Shown piece after piece: positions 18,647 to 28,514 of a stretch of 55,142 nucleotides of DNA. The notes under the pieces are model-generated. The model had not been told where the DNA came from and made no database searches. It saw only the letters and a program-made list of their open reading frames with translations. Source of the DNA: an uncultured Planctomycetia bacterium (GTDB lineage Bacteria; Omnitrophota; Gorgyraeia; Duberdicusellales; 4484-171); NCBI GenBank assembly GCA_964455875.1, contig CAYVYZ010000001.1, positions 51,895-107,036 on the forward strand, given 5' to 3'. Each line of letters begins with the position of its first letter. Positions within the stretch are counted from its first letter, which is position 1. A program made the position numbers and the translations under genes.

Positions 18647-19083
18647 TCTATATTTCCTCCGCTGTCTTTAATTATCCTTTCTGCCTTTTTAGAGAATTTG
18701 TGTGCCTTAAATGTTGCCTTCCAGTCTAAATTACTCTTTAATCTTGCTAAAATCTTTACACGTTTATTTAGGCTATCTATCAAATGCGCTTCTTTTAATT
18801 CCTTGGGGGAAATTTCCTTTCTATTCTTTAACCTTTCTATAATACTTTCCAGATTTACAATTTGATATTCCTTTCTCCTTTTAGGTGTAAAGCCTCTCTT
18901 GGGAATCTTTCTTAGATAAGGGACATTCCCTCCTTCAAACCCTATATAATGAGTTCTTCCCTTTCTCTGGCCTGCTCCTTTATGACCACGACCACTTGTC
19001 TTGCCATGCCCACTACCAGGGCCTCTACCGACTCTTTTACCTTTTTTTAATCTAACATTAGCATTAAGATTGTGTAATTGCAT
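18628..19083 (-). CDS. rplO: 50S ribosomal protein L15
   Basis: 151 aa. It contains [20 protein letters not shown]. Confidence 0.95.
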   Translation of the reverse strand: MQLHNLNANVRLKKGKRVGRGPGSGHGKTSGRGHKGAGQRKGRTHYIGFEGGNVPYLRKIPKRGFTPKRRKEYQIVNLESIIERLKNRKEISPKELKEAHLIDSLNKRVKILARLKSNLDWKATFKAHKFSKKAERIIKDSGGNIECLTQQ

Positions 19084-19552
19084 CTTTCTTCTCTTTCAGA
19101 TTTCCTAAAGCATCGAAAGTAGCCTTTACAACATTAATAGGATTAGTAGACTTTTTCAATACCTTAGTCAAAATATCCTTGATGCCAGCACACTCACATA
19201 TTGCTCTTACAGGAGCTGAAGCAATAACTCCTGTTCCCTTGCTGGCTGGCTTAAGCAAAACTTCTACTGCTCCAAACTTTCCAAGTACCTCATGGGGAAT
19301 GGTATTACCATCTTTCCTCACAACTACAAGATTCTCCTTTGCTTTCTTTATGCCTTTACGTATAGCATCAGCAACCTCGTTAGCTTTCCCAAGAGAAAAA
19401 CCAACACGCGATATTCCATCTCCAACTACGACTAAAGCAGTAAAACCTAAGTTCTTACCACCTTTGGTTACTTTTGTGACACGATTAATAAAAATAACCT
19501 TTTCTACAAAAGCTTCTCTATCTTGTTCTATGCTTTGCTCTCCTTGCGCCAT
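19064..19552 (-). CDS. rpsE: 30S ribosomal protein S5
   Basis: 162 aa. It contains [24 protein letters not shown]. Confidence 0.96.
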   Translation of the reverse strand: MAQGEQSIEQDREAFVEKVIFINRVTKVTKGGKNLGFTALVVVGDGISRVGFSLGKANEVADAIRKGIKKAKENLVVVRKDGNTIPHEVLGKFGAVEVLLKPASKGTGVIASAPVRAICECAGIKDILTKVLKKSTNPINVVKATFDALGNLKEKKDAITQS

Positions 19553-19905
19553 TAGAAAATTAATCCTCCTTCCCGTGTTCCCTCTGCAAATGCCTTAACT
19601 CTTCCATGATACTTATAGCCCGCCCTATCAAAAGCTATTCTTTTTATCCCTAAACTCTTCAATTTTTCTGCGAACAGTTTACCTATGAGTTTTGCTCCTT
19701 CTGTATTGTTAGCCTTTATATTCTTTTCTTTAAATTCTTTGTTAAGAGTAGAGATACCTGTAATTACTTTTTGCTCACTATCGTCAATAACCTGTGCGTA
19801 AAAATGCTTTTTGCTCCTAAAAACAACTACACGTGGTCTCTCGTTAGTCCCTTTAAGCTTCTTTGTTATCCTTCTATGTCTTCTCTCTCTTCCTTTAAGC
19901 TTCAT
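19552..19905 (-). CDS. rplR: 50S ribosomal protein L18
   Basis: 117 aa. It contains [20 protein letters not shown] and [17 protein letters not shown]. Confidence 0.95.
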   Translation of the reverse strand: MKLKGRERRHRRITKKLKGTNERPRVVVFRSKKHFYAQVIDDSEQKVITGISTLNKEFKEKNIKANNTEGAKLIGKLFAEKLKSLGIKRIAFDRAGYKYHGRVKAFAEGTREGGLIF

Positions 19906-19915
19906 AAACTCTCTC

Positions 19916-20455
19916 TTATTTAGCCATTGCTTTACCCAGCTTCTTCCTTACCACCTCGTTAGAATAACGTATACCTTTGCCTTTATAAGGCTCAGGGGGA
20001 TATATTTTCCTAATGTTAGCAGCGAATTGGCCAACCTTTACCTTATCGATTCCCTCTATTGTTATCTTAGTGGCAGAAGGAACAGAAACATTAATTCCTT
20101 CTGGTATAGAAATTTCTACAGGATGGGAAAAACCAATCTGCAACACTAAAGTTTCCCCCTTCATCTGGGCTTTATAACCCACCCCTACAATTTCTAATTC
20201 TTTCTTAAAACCCTCTGTAACTCCTTTTACCATATTATTGATAACTGCGCGCGTAGTACCAAAAAGAGCCTTACTCAATTTCTCCTGTGACAAAGGTTTT
20301 ATAACAATCTTAGAATCACTGACCTCTACACCTACAAGGGAAGAAAAACCAAAATTTAGCTTTCCCTTAGGTCCTTCTACTGTAATAATTCTATCTTTAA
20401 TATTGACCTTTACTCCTTGGGGTATATCAATTGGTTGTTTTCCTATTTTAGACAT
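19916..20455 (-). CDS. rplF: 50S ribosomal protein L6
   Basis: 179 aa. It starts MSKIGKQPIDIPQGVKV and contains EPYKGKGIRY. Confidence 0.96.
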   Translation of the reverse strand: MSKIGKQPIDIPQGVKVNIKDRIITVEGPKGKLNFGFSSLVGVEVSDSKIVIKPLSQEKLSKALFGTTRAVINNMVKGVTEGFKKELEIVGVGYKAQMKGETLVLQIGFSHPVEISIPEGINVSVPSATKITIEGIDKVKVGQFAANIRKIYPPEPYKGKGIRYSNEVVRKKLGKAMAK

Positions 20456-20458
20456 ACC

Positions 20459-20854
20459 TCACCACACATAACAAATTACTTCTCCTCCCACCCCTATTTT
20501 TCTTGCTTCTTTATTAGTGATAATGCCGTGGGAGGTAGACATTACCGCTATGCCATAACCGGAAAGCACCTCTGGAATTTCGTCTTTGGAGACATAAATC
20601 CTTCTACCAGGCTTAGAAATCTTCTTTATGTTAGAGATTGCTTTCTTCTTGCCATCATATTTAAGATACACCTTAATACTTTTAGTATTACCCATCTCCA
20701 TAACCTTAAAATTCTCAATAAACCCCTCCCTCTTTAGAATATCTAAGATACCCACAAGCATTTTAGAGTAGGGGATTATAGATTCCTCTTTGTGAACCTG
20801 GTAGGCATTCCGAATGATTGTTAATGCATCGCTAATTAAATCTGTTCTGCTCAT
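20459..20854 (-). CDS. rpsH: 30S ribosomal protein S8
   Basis: 131 aa. It contains DLISDALTIIRNA and GGEVICYVW. Confidence 0.96.
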   Translation of the reverse strand: MSRTDLISDALTIIRNAYQVHKEESIIPYSKMLVGILDILKREGFIENFKVMEMGNTKSIKVYLKYDGKKKAISNIKKISKPGRRIYVSKDEIPEVLSGYGIAVMSTSHGIITNKEARKIGVGGEVICYVW

Positions 20855-20881
20855 TTTACTCTCCTAACTTGCTTCTTCGTG

Positions 20882-21076
20882 CTACCAGCTTGCCTTTTTA
20901 ACTCCTGGGATTACCCCCTGCCAGGCTAACTGCCTAAAACATATACGGCACAACTCAAAATCACGAATGTAGCCGCGGGGCCTGCCACAAATTCGACAAC
21001 GATTTCTGTAACGAGTCTTATACTTCGGCTTTACCTTCTCTCTCTTCCATTTCTCTATCTTTGCCGTAGTAGCCAT
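20882..21076 (-). CDS. rpsN: 30S ribosomal protein S14, type Z (zinc-ribbon form)
   Basis: I take the ATG at 21076 as the start, giving [64 protein letters not shown] (64 aa). GGAGG lies upstream and the start sits 1 nt after the rplE stop. The ORF-track start at 21142 would lie inside rplE. Confidence 0.92.
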   Translation of the reverse strand: MATTAKIEKWKREKVKPKYKTRYRNRCRICGRPRGYIRDFELCRICFRQLAWQGVIPGVKKASW

Positions 21077-21077
21077 A

Positions 21078-21656
21078 CTACCTCCTAAAGGGAAAACCAA
21101 AGAGCCTAAGAAGCTCTCTTGCTTCCTTGTCTGTCTGGGCACTTGTATTAATAGTTATGTCCATACCCTGGGTTTTCTCTACTTTATCTATATCTACTTC
21201 GGGAAAAACTGTCTGTTCTGTGAGACCAAAAGTATAATTACCTCTACCATCAAATGAATTAGGAGAAAACCCTCTAAAATCTCTTATTCTTGGTATAGCT
21301 ACAGAAATAAGCCTATCTAAGAACTCATACATTCGATATCTTCTTAGAGTAACACAGCAACCGATAGCCATACCTTTCCTAATTTTAAAATTAGAGATTG
21401 GTTTGCGTGCCCGCGTTATCTTAGGTTTTTGTCCTGTAATAAGACTTAAATCACGAGCACATTTTTCTACTAATTTAGCATCACTGGTAGCTTCTCCTAT
21501 ACCCATATTTACCACTATCTTTAGAAGTCGCGGCACAGCAAGATTATTCTTATAGCCAAACATTTCTTTCATCTTTGGTACAATCTCTCTACGGTAATCT
21601 TCTAAAAGACGGGGTATATACTTTTCTTTTAAATCTCCCTTTTGCATTTCTTGCAT
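21078..21656 (-). CDS. rplE: 50S ribosomal protein L5
   Basis: 192 aa. It contains [16 protein letters not shown] and [16 protein letters not shown]. Both candidate ATGs (21656 and 21647) lie inside the end of rplX. Confidence 0.94.
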   Translation of the reverse strand: MQEMQKGDLKEKYIPRLLEDYRREIVPKMKEMFGYKNNLAVPRLLKIVVNMGIGEATSDAKLVEKCARDLSLITGQKPKITRARKPISNFKIRKGMAIGCCVTLRRYRMYEFLDRLISVAIPRIRDFRGFSPNSFDGRGNYTFGLTEQTVFPEVDIDKVEKTQGMDITINTSAQTDKEARELLRLFGFPFRR

Positions 21657-21940
21657 ATCCTTATCTTTGATTTATCTTCCAATATTTTAACTTCAAACCT
21701 TACTCCTTGATTGCAGTTAGAACAAAAAAGACTTACATTGGAAATATGAAGAGGAGCAGGTATCTCTCTTATTCCACCAGGTTCTGCTTCTGAACGCTTC
21801 CGCATATGTTTTTTCACAATATTAATCCCCTCCACAACAACTCTATTCTCAGAAGGTAAAACCTTAAGAACCTTGCCTACCTTTCCTCTATCTTTTCCTC
21901 TTAATATTTTAACTCTATCGCCTTTTTTTATCTTTAACAT
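21629..21940 (-). CDS. rplX: 50S ribosomal protein L24 (with a C-terminal CxxC...CxxC ribbon)
   Basis: 103 aa. It has the KOW motif [21 protein letters not shown] and the C-terminus CSNC...CKKC. Confidence 0.95.
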   Translation of the reverse strand: MLKIKKGDRVKILRGKDRGKVGKVLKVLPSENRVVVEGINIVKKHMRKRSEAEPGGIREIPAPLHISNVSLFCSNCNQGVRFEVKILEDKSKIRICKKCKREI

Positions 21941-22308
21941 CAGACCACCTCAGGAGCTAAAGATATAATCTTCCCAAATTTCTCTCTTAACTCTCGTGCC
22001 ACAGGACCAAACACTCTTGTACCTCTGGGATTACCTTGCTTATCAATAATAACACAAGCATTCCTATCAAATTTTACGCGCACACCATCTTCTCTTCTTA
22101 TAGGATGGGAAGTCCTTACAATAACTGCCCTTACCACTTCTCCTTTTTTTACCTGACTGTCCTTTCCAGAAATCTCCCTGACATGGCAAGTAACCACATC
22201 TGCTATATTAGCCTGTTTCTTGTTTTTCTTACCAATCACCCCTATACAGGCTACCTTTTTAGCTCCTGTATTATCTGCCACATCCAATACACTACGAATA
22301 TATATCAC
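21940..22308 (-). CDS. rplN: 50S ribosomal protein L14
   Basis: 122 aa. It starts [17 protein letters not shown] and contains [13 protein letters not shown]. Confidence 0.96.
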   Translation of the reverse strand: MIYIRSVLDVADNTGAKKVACIGVIGKKNKKQANIADVVTCHVREISGKDSQVKKGEVVRAVIVRTSHPIRREDGVRVKFDRNACVIIDKQGNPRGTRVFGPVARELREKFGKIISLAPEVV

Positions 22309-22559
22309 TTTACCACCTCAAGAAGACTAAACTTTTTCTCTTTAGAATAGGGGCGAGACTCTATTATTCTAACTCTATCCCCTACCTTAGCTTCATTCTT
22401 CTCATCATGAGCTTTAAACTTCTTTCTTTTTGTAACTGTCTTTTTATAAAGATTATGCAGAAATTTCCTTTTTACCTCAACAACAATAGTCTTATCCATC
22501 TTATCGGAAACCACTATACCTTCTAAAATTCTTTTTCTGCTTTTCTTAACCTCTTTCAT
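22305..22559 (-). CDS. rpsQ: 30S ribosomal protein S17
   Basis: I take the ATG at 22559 as the start, giving [27 protein letters not shown]... (84 aa). The ORF-track TTG at 22595 would add 12 residues from inside rpmC. Confidence 0.93.
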   Translation of the reverse strand: MKEVKKSRKRILEGIVVSDKMDKTIVVEVKRKFLHNLYKKTVTKRKKFKAHDEKNEAKVGDRVRIIESRPYSKEKKFSLLEVVK

Positions 22560-22749
22560 TTTGTTTCTCCCTAAGTATTGTAAGAATCCTAGCAATATCT
22601 TTTTTTGTTTTCTTAAAAAGATGAGGTTTTTCTACATGGGAAGTTTTCTTCTTAAAGCTTAACTCCATAAGATTTTTCCTTAAATCCACTAACTTAGCCT
22701 CTAACTCTTCTTTGCTTAAGTTTTTGTATTCTATGTCTTTGCTTTTCAT
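22546..22749 (-). CDS. rpmC: 50S ribosomal protein L29
   Basis: 67 aa. It contains [24 protein letters not shown]. Confidence 0.94.
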   Translation of the reverse strand: MKSKDIEYKNLSKEELEAKLVDLRKNLMELSFKKKTSHVEKPHLFKKTKKDIARILTILREKQNERG

Positions 22750-23156
22750 CTTCTTCTTGATACAAAACGTGTTTTAAAAGGTAATTTATAAGCTACGAGG
22801 CGAAAAGAATCCCGCGCAAATTCCTCTGAGACTCCTCCCATCTCAAAAAGCATCATACCTCTTCTTATAACTGCTACCCAACCTTCTACTTCTCCTTTGC
22901 CTTTTCCCATACGTGACTCAGCAGGTTTTTTTGTAACAGGCTTGTCGGGAAATATCCTTATCCACAATTTACCACCCCGACGCAAGCGGCGCGTAAGGAT
23001 TATCCTTGCGGCTTCTATTTGAGTATTCTTAAGCCATCCACAACCTAACGCTTTAAGTCCATACTCCCCGAAACTTACCTCTGAGCCACTTACAGCAAGC
23101 CCTTTACGTCTACCCCGTTGTGCTTTTCTATACTTAACTCTCTTGGGCAAAAACAT
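22746..23156 (-). CDS. rplP: 50S ribosomal protein L16
   Basis: 136 aa. It starts [16 protein letters not shown] and contains [14 protein letters not shown]. Confidence 0.96.
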   Translation of the reverse strand: MFLPKRVKYRKAQRGRRKGLAVSGSEVSFGEYGLKALGCGWLKNTQIEAARIILTRRLRRGGKLWIRIFPDKPVTKKPAESRMGKGKGEVEGWVAVIRRGMMLFEMGGVSEEFARDSFRLVAYKLPFKTRFVSRRR

Positions 23157-23159
23157 ACC

Positions 23160-23828
23160 CTATCTCTCCTCTTCCTCTTTTACCAAATAATTCCCTAAGT
23201 GCTTTATTCCTTTATATATCCATGTTTTTACCCCAATAGTCCCGTAAGTAGTCTTTGCTACGCTAAAACCGTAATCTATATCTGCCCGGAAAGTCTGAAG
23301 AGGAATCTTACCATACTTATAACTCTCACTCCGGGCAATCTCAACTCCTCCTAACCTTCCTGAACACCTCACCTTTATACCCTCACACCCTAAATTTACT
23401 GCCTGTTGAATAGCACGTTTCATTGCTCTACGGAAATTAACCCTCTTTATAATCTGAAAAGCAATTAGTTCTGCTACCAGCTGAGCTTCTAAAGCAGGCT
23501 CAACTACCTCCTCAACATCAATAACAACTTCTTTCTTTGTAAGGTCAATAATTTTAGATTTTAATCTCTCGATATCCTTTCCTCCCCGCCCAATAATGAC
23601 TCCTGGCCGTGACGTCCTTATCCTTATTCTTATAAGAGTAGGAGAGACTCTTTCAATAACAAGACTCGCAATAGAACCCAAGGTGTAAAAATTCTTTATA
23701 ACATTTCTTATTTTTAAATCCTCATCTAAAAATTCCACATAAGTCTTTTTCTTTTCACTAAACCACCGAGACTGCCAGTCTTTACCAAAACCTATTCTTA
23801 AAATAAAAGGGTGAACTTTTTGTCCCAT
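23160..23828 (-). CDS. rpsC: 30S ribosomal protein S3
   Basis: 222 aa. It starts MGQKVHPFILRIG and has a KH domain GVIIGRGGKDIERL. Confidence 0.96.
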   Translation of the reverse strand: MGQKVHPFILRIGFGKDWQSRWFSEKKKTYVEFLDEDLKIRNVIKNFYTLGSIASLVIERVSPTLIRIRIRTSRPGVIIGRGGKDIERLKSKIIDLTKKEVVIDVEEVVEPALEAQLVAELIAFQIIKRVNFRRAMKRAIQQAVNLGCEGIKVRCSGRLGGVEIARSESYKYGKIPLQTFRADIDYGFSVAKTTYGTIGVKTWIYKGIKHLGNYLVKEEEER

Positions 23829-23830
23829 CT

Positions 23831-24187
23831 CTACCTCTTGGTTTCCTCTATTATCTTTTCTTTAGTATCCAGTTCCACCATAAGATGCGATGTACGCTTC
23901 CTTATTATAGTGGCACGGCCAAAAGATGCAGCACGATATCTCTTTAATGCTGGGCCGGGGTTGGCAACTGCTTTTGAAACAAAAAGGCTGCTCTCCTGAA
24001 ACCCTTTATTCTTTGCACTCGCTATTGCCGAACGCAAAGTTTTCTCCAGATAGAACGCTCCTTTCTTATTAACGGATTTTAAGACTGCCAAGGCTTCCTC
24101 TATGGGCAATCCTTTAACAAGAGGAAGCACTAGCCTTAACTTCCGTGGTGAAATTCTTATGTATTTTGCTTCTGCCTTTGCCACCAT
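23831..24187 (-). CDS. rplV: 50S ribosomal protein L22
   Basis: 118 aa. It contains AKYIRISPRKLRLV and RASFGRATIIRKRTSHL. Confidence 0.95.
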   Translation of the reverse strand: MVAKAEAKYIRISPRKLRLVLPLVKGLPIEEALAVLKSVNKKGAFYLEKTLRSAIASAKNKGFQESSLFVSKAVANPGPALKRYRAASFGRATIIRKRTSHLMVELDTKEKIIEETKR

Positions 24188-24192
24188 AATAA

Positions 24193-24480
24193 TTACTTTT
24201 TCTGCAACGCCTTCTTGGCTTTTATTCCTCCGTGTTGACGAAATGTACGAGTAGGAGCAAACTCACCCAAACGGTGTCCCACCATTGACTCAGTAATAAA
24301 AACAGGAACATGTTTTTTCCCATCATGAACAGCAATTGTCAAACCTACAAACTCAGGAGTAATCATGCTTGCCCTTGACCATGTCTTTATAGGTGTACGT
24401 GATGAGCTTTCCTTTGCCTTCTTAACTTTCTTCAATAATTTTTCATCAACAAAAGGACCTTTTTTTAATGACCTGCTCAT
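24193..24480 (-). CDS. rpsS: 30S ribosomal protein S19
   Basis: 95 aa. It starts [18 protein letters not shown] and contains [14 protein letters not shown]. Confidence 0.96.
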   Translation of the reverse strand: MSRSLKKGPFVDEKLLKKVKKAKESSSRTPIKTWSRASMITPEFVGLTIAVHDGKKHVPVFITESMVGHRLGEFAPTRTFRQHGGIKAKKALQKK

Positions 24481-24494
24481 ATCCTCCTCGCTAC

Positions 24495-25340
24495 TTACCT
24501 TCTCTTTTTACCTCGGCGTTTTAGTATATACTTATCACTCTTATTTTTAGGTCTTCTGGTTTTCCCTCCTTTAGCTGGCTTACCCCAGGGGCTTACAGGA
24601 TGAGGATTACCTTGTCCTGCCTTACCCTCACCACCCCCATGAGGATGATCTACAGGATTCATCGCCACCCCTCTTACTTTAGGCCTTCTTCCTAACCAGC
24701 GCACTCTTCCTGCTTTACCGTGCACAATAGAATTATTCTCAATATTTCCTACCTGTCCTATAGTAGCCCGACAATCCACCTTAACAAGACGGACTTCTCC
24801 TGATGGCATCTTAAGCTGGGCAAATCCTTTTTCCTTAGCCATAAGCTGTGCCCAGCTTCCTGCACTTCTAACCAGCTTACCGCCTTTATTAGGCTCTAAC
24901 TCAATATTATGCACTATTGTGCCCAAGGGAATATGTTTTAGTCTCATGGCATTACCTGGCCTTATATCAGTTTGAGAGTCAAAAGCACTCACAACCTTAT
25001 CTCCTACCTTTAGCCCATCCGGCCATATGATGTATCTTTTTTCTTTATCAGGATACTCTACCAACGCTATCCTTGCACTTCTATTGGGGTCATATTCTAT
25101 AGACAAAACCAGTGCTTCCTCGTCAAACCTATCTCTTTTAAAATCAACAATCCTGTATCTTCTTTTATGCCCCCCTCCTCTGTGCCTTAAAGTAATCCGT
25201 CCATAATTATTTCTTCCTCCTGTTTTCTTAAGAGGAACTACTAAAGACCTACACGGCTTATCTGTCGTAATCTCAGAAAAGTCAGAAATTACCTTAAAAC
25301 GCAAGCTCGATGTTACTGGTTTGAATTTCTTTACTCCCAT
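24495..25340 (-). CDS. rplB: 50S ribosomal protein L2
   Basis: 281 aa. It contains [12 protein letters not shown] and [13 protein letters not shown]. Confidence 0.97.
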   Translation of the reverse strand: MGVKKFKPVTSSLRFKVISDFSEITTDKPCRSLVVPLKKTGGRNNYGRITLRHRGGGHKRRYRIVDFKRDRFDEEALVLSIEYDPNRSARIALVEYPDKEKRYIIWPDGLKVGDKVVSAFDSQTDIRPGNAMRLKHIPLGTIVHNIELEPNKGGKLVRSAGSWAQLMAKEKGFAQLKMPSGEVRLVKVDCRATIGQVGNIENNSIVHGKAGRVRWLGRRPKVRGVAMNPVDHPHGGGEGKAGQGNPHPVSPWGKPAKGGKTRRPKNKSDKYILKRRGKKRR

Positions 25341-25341
25341 A

Positions 25342-25632
25342 TCAAGTAATCTTTATAGTATCTCCTTCTCGCAAAGTAACAATTGCCTTCTTCCACGCTG
25401 GAGTCTTTCCCTCCTGGTTCCAGCGCAACCTTTTTGTCTTACCTTTCATGTTAATGATATTTACCTTTGTTACTTTAACTTTATAAATAGCTTCTATAGC
25501 TCTTTTCACTTCAATCCTGTTGCTCCTTTTACCTACCCAGAACACATATTTATTCTGGGCAGATAACTTAGTTGCCTTTTCTGTGATTAGCGGAGACTTA
25601 ATTGAGATATAAACATTGCTTAATCCAGCCAT
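25342..25632 (-). CDS. rplW: 50S ribosomal protein L23
   Basis: 96 aa. It contains [10 protein letters not shown] and [14 protein letters not shown]. Confidence 0.94.
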   Translation of the reverse strand: MAGLSNVYISIKSPLITEKATKLSAQNKYVFWVGKRSNRIEVKRAIEAIYKVKVTKVNIINMKGKTKRLRWNQEGKTPAWKKAIVTLREGDTIKIT

Positions 25633-26258
25633 TTCTTAATCCTTTCCTCTGTTTTCTTAAAGGCATCAAAAGTAAAAAGAAGCTTTTTGCAATTTAACGC
25701 TGCATAAGAGCTTAAATTATCTGCTTTCTCGTATTCAAATCGCTTAAGATTTTTAGAAGACAATTTCATATTCTCACTTATTGTATTTGTTACAAAAACA
25801 GTTTTAATGTCATTAAGCTTGAGTTTTTTTAATATTTCAAACAAAAGTTTGGTTTTTGGCTCTTTAACCTCAATCGTATCTACAATCATTATTTCGCCAT
25901 CTTTAAGTTTGGCATTAAGAGCACTTTTTAAAGCCCGTATTTTCATTCGCCGTGGCATATTCTTAGAATAATCTCGTGGCTGAGGCCCAAAAGTTACCCC
26001 CCCTCCTCGCCATAAAGGAGACCGAATTGAACCTACACGTGCTCGACCTGTCCCTTTCTGCCTCCAAGGTTTAGCGCCTCCTCCTCTAACTTCTCCTCTT
26101 CTCTTTGTTTTTGCTAATCCTTTTCTTTGGTTAGCTAAGAAAGTAACAACTGCCTGATGAAGAACAACTTTATCTACCTTACCATCAAATACTTTCTCAT
26201 CAAGGTCAACAGTTCTTATCTTCTTCCCTTCTTGGTTATAAACTTCTATCTTCTTCAT
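25620..26258 (-). CDS. rplD: 50S ribosomal protein L4
   Basis: 212 aa. It contains RGGGAKPWRQKGTGRARVGSIRSPLWRGGG. Confidence 0.96.
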   Translation of the reverse strand: MKKIEVYNQEGKKIRTVDLDEKVFDGKVDKVVLHQAVVTFLANQRKGLAKTKRRGEVRGGGAKPWRQKGTGRARVGSIRSPLWRGGGVTFGPQPRDYSKNMPRRMKIRALKSALNAKLKDGEIMIVDTIEVKEPKTKLLFEILKKLKLNDIKTVFVTNTISENMKLSSKNLKRFEYEKADNLSSYAALNCKKLLFTFDAFKKTEERIKKWLD

Positions 26259-26908
26259 GCGCTCTTGCGTTTCTTTATAATAACAATACTATTAATAGCA
26301 CCAGGAACTGCCCCTTTTATGTACAATATTCCCTTCTGGGCATCAACCTTAAGTATCTTAAGATTCTTAATGGTAGTATAAGAATCACCCATATGTCCTG
26401 GCATTCTATGCCCTTTTATAATTCTACCAGGGAAAGTGGTAGCCCCTGCTGAACCAATACGCCGATGCGTAGTAGAACCATGTGTTCGAGGCTGTCCATG
26501 CCAGTTATGACGCTTCATTCCTCCTTGAAACCCCTTACCTTTTGATTTAGCACGCACATCTACGATGTCGCCTTCTTTGAATATATCCACGCCTATCTCT
26601 TCTTTTAACTTAAGGTCACTTTCATTTTCTATCTCCACCTCTTTAATAACACGATAAGGAGAAACCCCTATTTTCTTAAAATACCCTAAGATGGGCTTCT
26701 TAACCTTATTCTCCTTTGAAGAAAGAATCTTAAAATAGCCAACCTTTGCTTTTATGCCTTTAGGATAAGAAACCTTCTCCAATACACACATAGGATCAAC
26801 TTTTATAACGGTTGTAGCTACTAAGTTAGCGGTCTCATCAAAAACCTGAGTCATACCTAATTTTTTACCTAAAGCTTCTTTTACCATCTCTTCACAGTAT
26901 TGGGACAA
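26255..26908 (-). CDS. rplC: 50S ribosomal protein L3
   Basis: 217 aa. It contains GKKLGMTQVF and GKGFQGGMKRHNW. The start at 26908 is a TTG with AGAGGGTGAG 4 nt upstream. An in-frame ATG 7 codons downstream is an alternative. Confidence 0.94.
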   Translation of the reverse strand: MSQYCEEMVKEALGKKLGMTQVFDETANLVATTVIKVDPMCVLEKVSYPKGIKAKVGYFKILSSKENKVKKPILGYFKKIGVSPYRVIKEVEIENESDLKLKEEIGVDIFKEGDIVDVRAKSKGKGFQGGMKRHNWHGQPRTHGSTTHRRIGSAGATTFPGRIIKGHRMPGHMGDSYTTIKNLKILKVDAQKGILYIKGAVPGAINSIVIIKKRKSA

Positions 26909-26960
26909 AAACTCACCCTCTCTTCCACTTGCTTATTGCTCTTATACCTAAAATATATTC

Positions 26961-27269
26961 CTATACTTCCTGCTTTATCTCTACGTTAACTCCTGCAGGA
27001 AGATTAAGCTTACGAAGCGCATCTATTGTTTTTGCTGTAGGATTATCTAAATCAATAACCCTTTTATGTACTGCCAGCATAAATTGCTCTCTTGATTTTT
27101 TATCTATGTTTGTAGAGCGCAAAACCGTATAAATTTTCTTTTTAGTAGGCAGAGGAATGGGACCATTAACTTTTGCTCCTGTACGCAGAGCCACATCTGT
27201 AATCTCCTGCACAGACTGGTCAAGAATCCTATGGTCAAACGCCCTCAGCTTTATTCTTATTTTAAGCAT
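26961..27269 (-). CDS. rpsJ: 30S ribosomal protein S10
   Basis: 102 aa. It contains [16 protein letters not shown] and [14 protein letters not shown]. Confidence 0.96.
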   Translation of the reverse strand: MLKIRIKLRAFDHRILDQSVQEITDVALRTGAKVNGPIPLPTKKKIYTVLRSTNIDKKSREQFMLAVHKRVIDLDNPTAKTIDALRKLNLPAGVNVEIKQEV

Positions 27270-27298
27270 ATTTTACGTGTTATTATTCAATTGTGTTA

Positions 27299-28501
27299 CT
27301 ACTGCAATATCTCTGTTACTACTCCTGCACCCACAGTTCTACCGCCTTCACGGATAGCAAAACGCATCTCTTTCTCGATGGCTACAGGCTGGATAAGTTC
27401 TACCTCAACCTCAGCATTATCTCCTGGCATAACCATCTCCATACCCTGAGGGAGTTTGATTGTCCCTGTAACGTCTGTTGTTCTTATATAAAACTGCGGT
27501 CTGTAGCCACTAAAAAATGGAGTGTGCCTTCCTCCTTCTTCTTTCTTTAGAGCATAAATCTGTGCTTTAAACTTAGTATGAGGAGTTATGGATCCAGGAG
27601 CGGCCACTACCATACCTCTTTCTACCTCTTCCTTTTCTACTCCTCTTAAAAGCAAACCTACATTGTCTCCTGCCACTCCTTCATCAAGGGTTTTCCTGAA
27701 CATCTCAACGCCAGTAACTACTGTCTTTTTTGTCTCTGGTGCTAAGCCTACTATCTCTATCTCTTCTCCTGTCTTAACCTTTCCTCTCTCTATTCTTCCA
27801 GTAACTACTGTTCCTCTCCCAGAGATGGAAAAGACATCCTCAACCGCCATAAGAAAAGGCTTATCTACATCCCTCTTCGGTGTAGGAATATACTCATCAA
27901 CTGCTTTCATAAGGTCAAGAATCGGTTTGCATTTAGGACAATCATCTTTTCCGCAACCACATCCCATCGCCTCTAACGCTGACCCCTTAATCACTGGCAC
28001 TTCATCGCCAGGAAACTCATACTTAGAAAGAAGGTCTCTTACCTCAACCTCAACTAAATCAATGAGCTCCTTATCGTCTACCTGGTCAACTTTATTCACA
28101 AACACAACAATAGCAGGTACATTAACTTGCCGCGATAAAAGAATATGTTCACGAGTCTGAGGCATAGGACCATCTGTAGCAGCAACAACAAGTATGGAAC
28201 CATCCATCTGAGCAGCACCAGTAATCATGTTCTTAATGTAATCAGCATGCCCCGGACAATCAATATGAGCATAGTGCCGATTATCTGTTTCATACTCTAC
28301 ATGAGCTATATTAATTGTTAAACCTCTTTCTTTCTCTTCGGGTGCCTTATCAATATCTTCATAAGCTAAAGCCTGAGCTTTACCTCTAGCAGCCAGAATC
28401 TTTGTAATAGCACTGGTAAGAGTGGTTTTACCATGGTCGACATGACCAATAGTCCCAATGTTTAAATGGGGCTTACTCCTTACAAATTTCTCTTTTCCCA
28501 T
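27299..28501 (-). CDS. tuf: Elongation factor Tu (with a 4-Cys insertion in domain I)
   Basis: 400 aa. It has the G motifs [19 protein letters not shown] and NKVD. The [11 protein letters not shown] segment at residues 181-191 was confirmed at the nucleotide level (27929-27961). Confidence 0.97.
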   Translation of the reverse strand: MGKEKFVRSKPHLNIGTIGHVDHGKTTLTSAITKILAARGKAQALAYEDIDKAPEEKERGLTINIAHVEYETDNRHYAHIDCPGHADYIKNMITGAAQMDGSILVVAATDGPMPQTREHILLSRQVNVPAIVVFVNKVDQVDDKELIDLVEVEVRDLLSKYEFPGDEVPVIKGSALEAMGCGCGKDDCPKCKPILDLMKAVDEYIPTPKRDVDKPFLMAVEDVFSISGRGTVVTGRIERGKVKTGEEIEIVGLAPETKKTVVTGVEMFRKTLDEGVAGDNVGLLLRGVEKEEVERGMVVAAPGSITPHTKFKAQIYALKKEEGGRHTPFFSGYRPQFYIRTTDVTGTIKLPQGMEMVMPGDNAEVEVELIQPVAIEKEMRFAIREGGRTVGAGVVTEILQ

Positions 28502-28514
28502 CCTCCACCTCCTC

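Noticed and set aside
27588-28160. 190-aa plus-strand ORF antisense to tuf (Ser/Thr/Pro-rich)
   Set aside because: This is a typical shadow ORF opposite a highly expressed gene with biased codons. Its composition is low-complexity, it has no RBS, and EF-Tu on the other strand is unambiguous.
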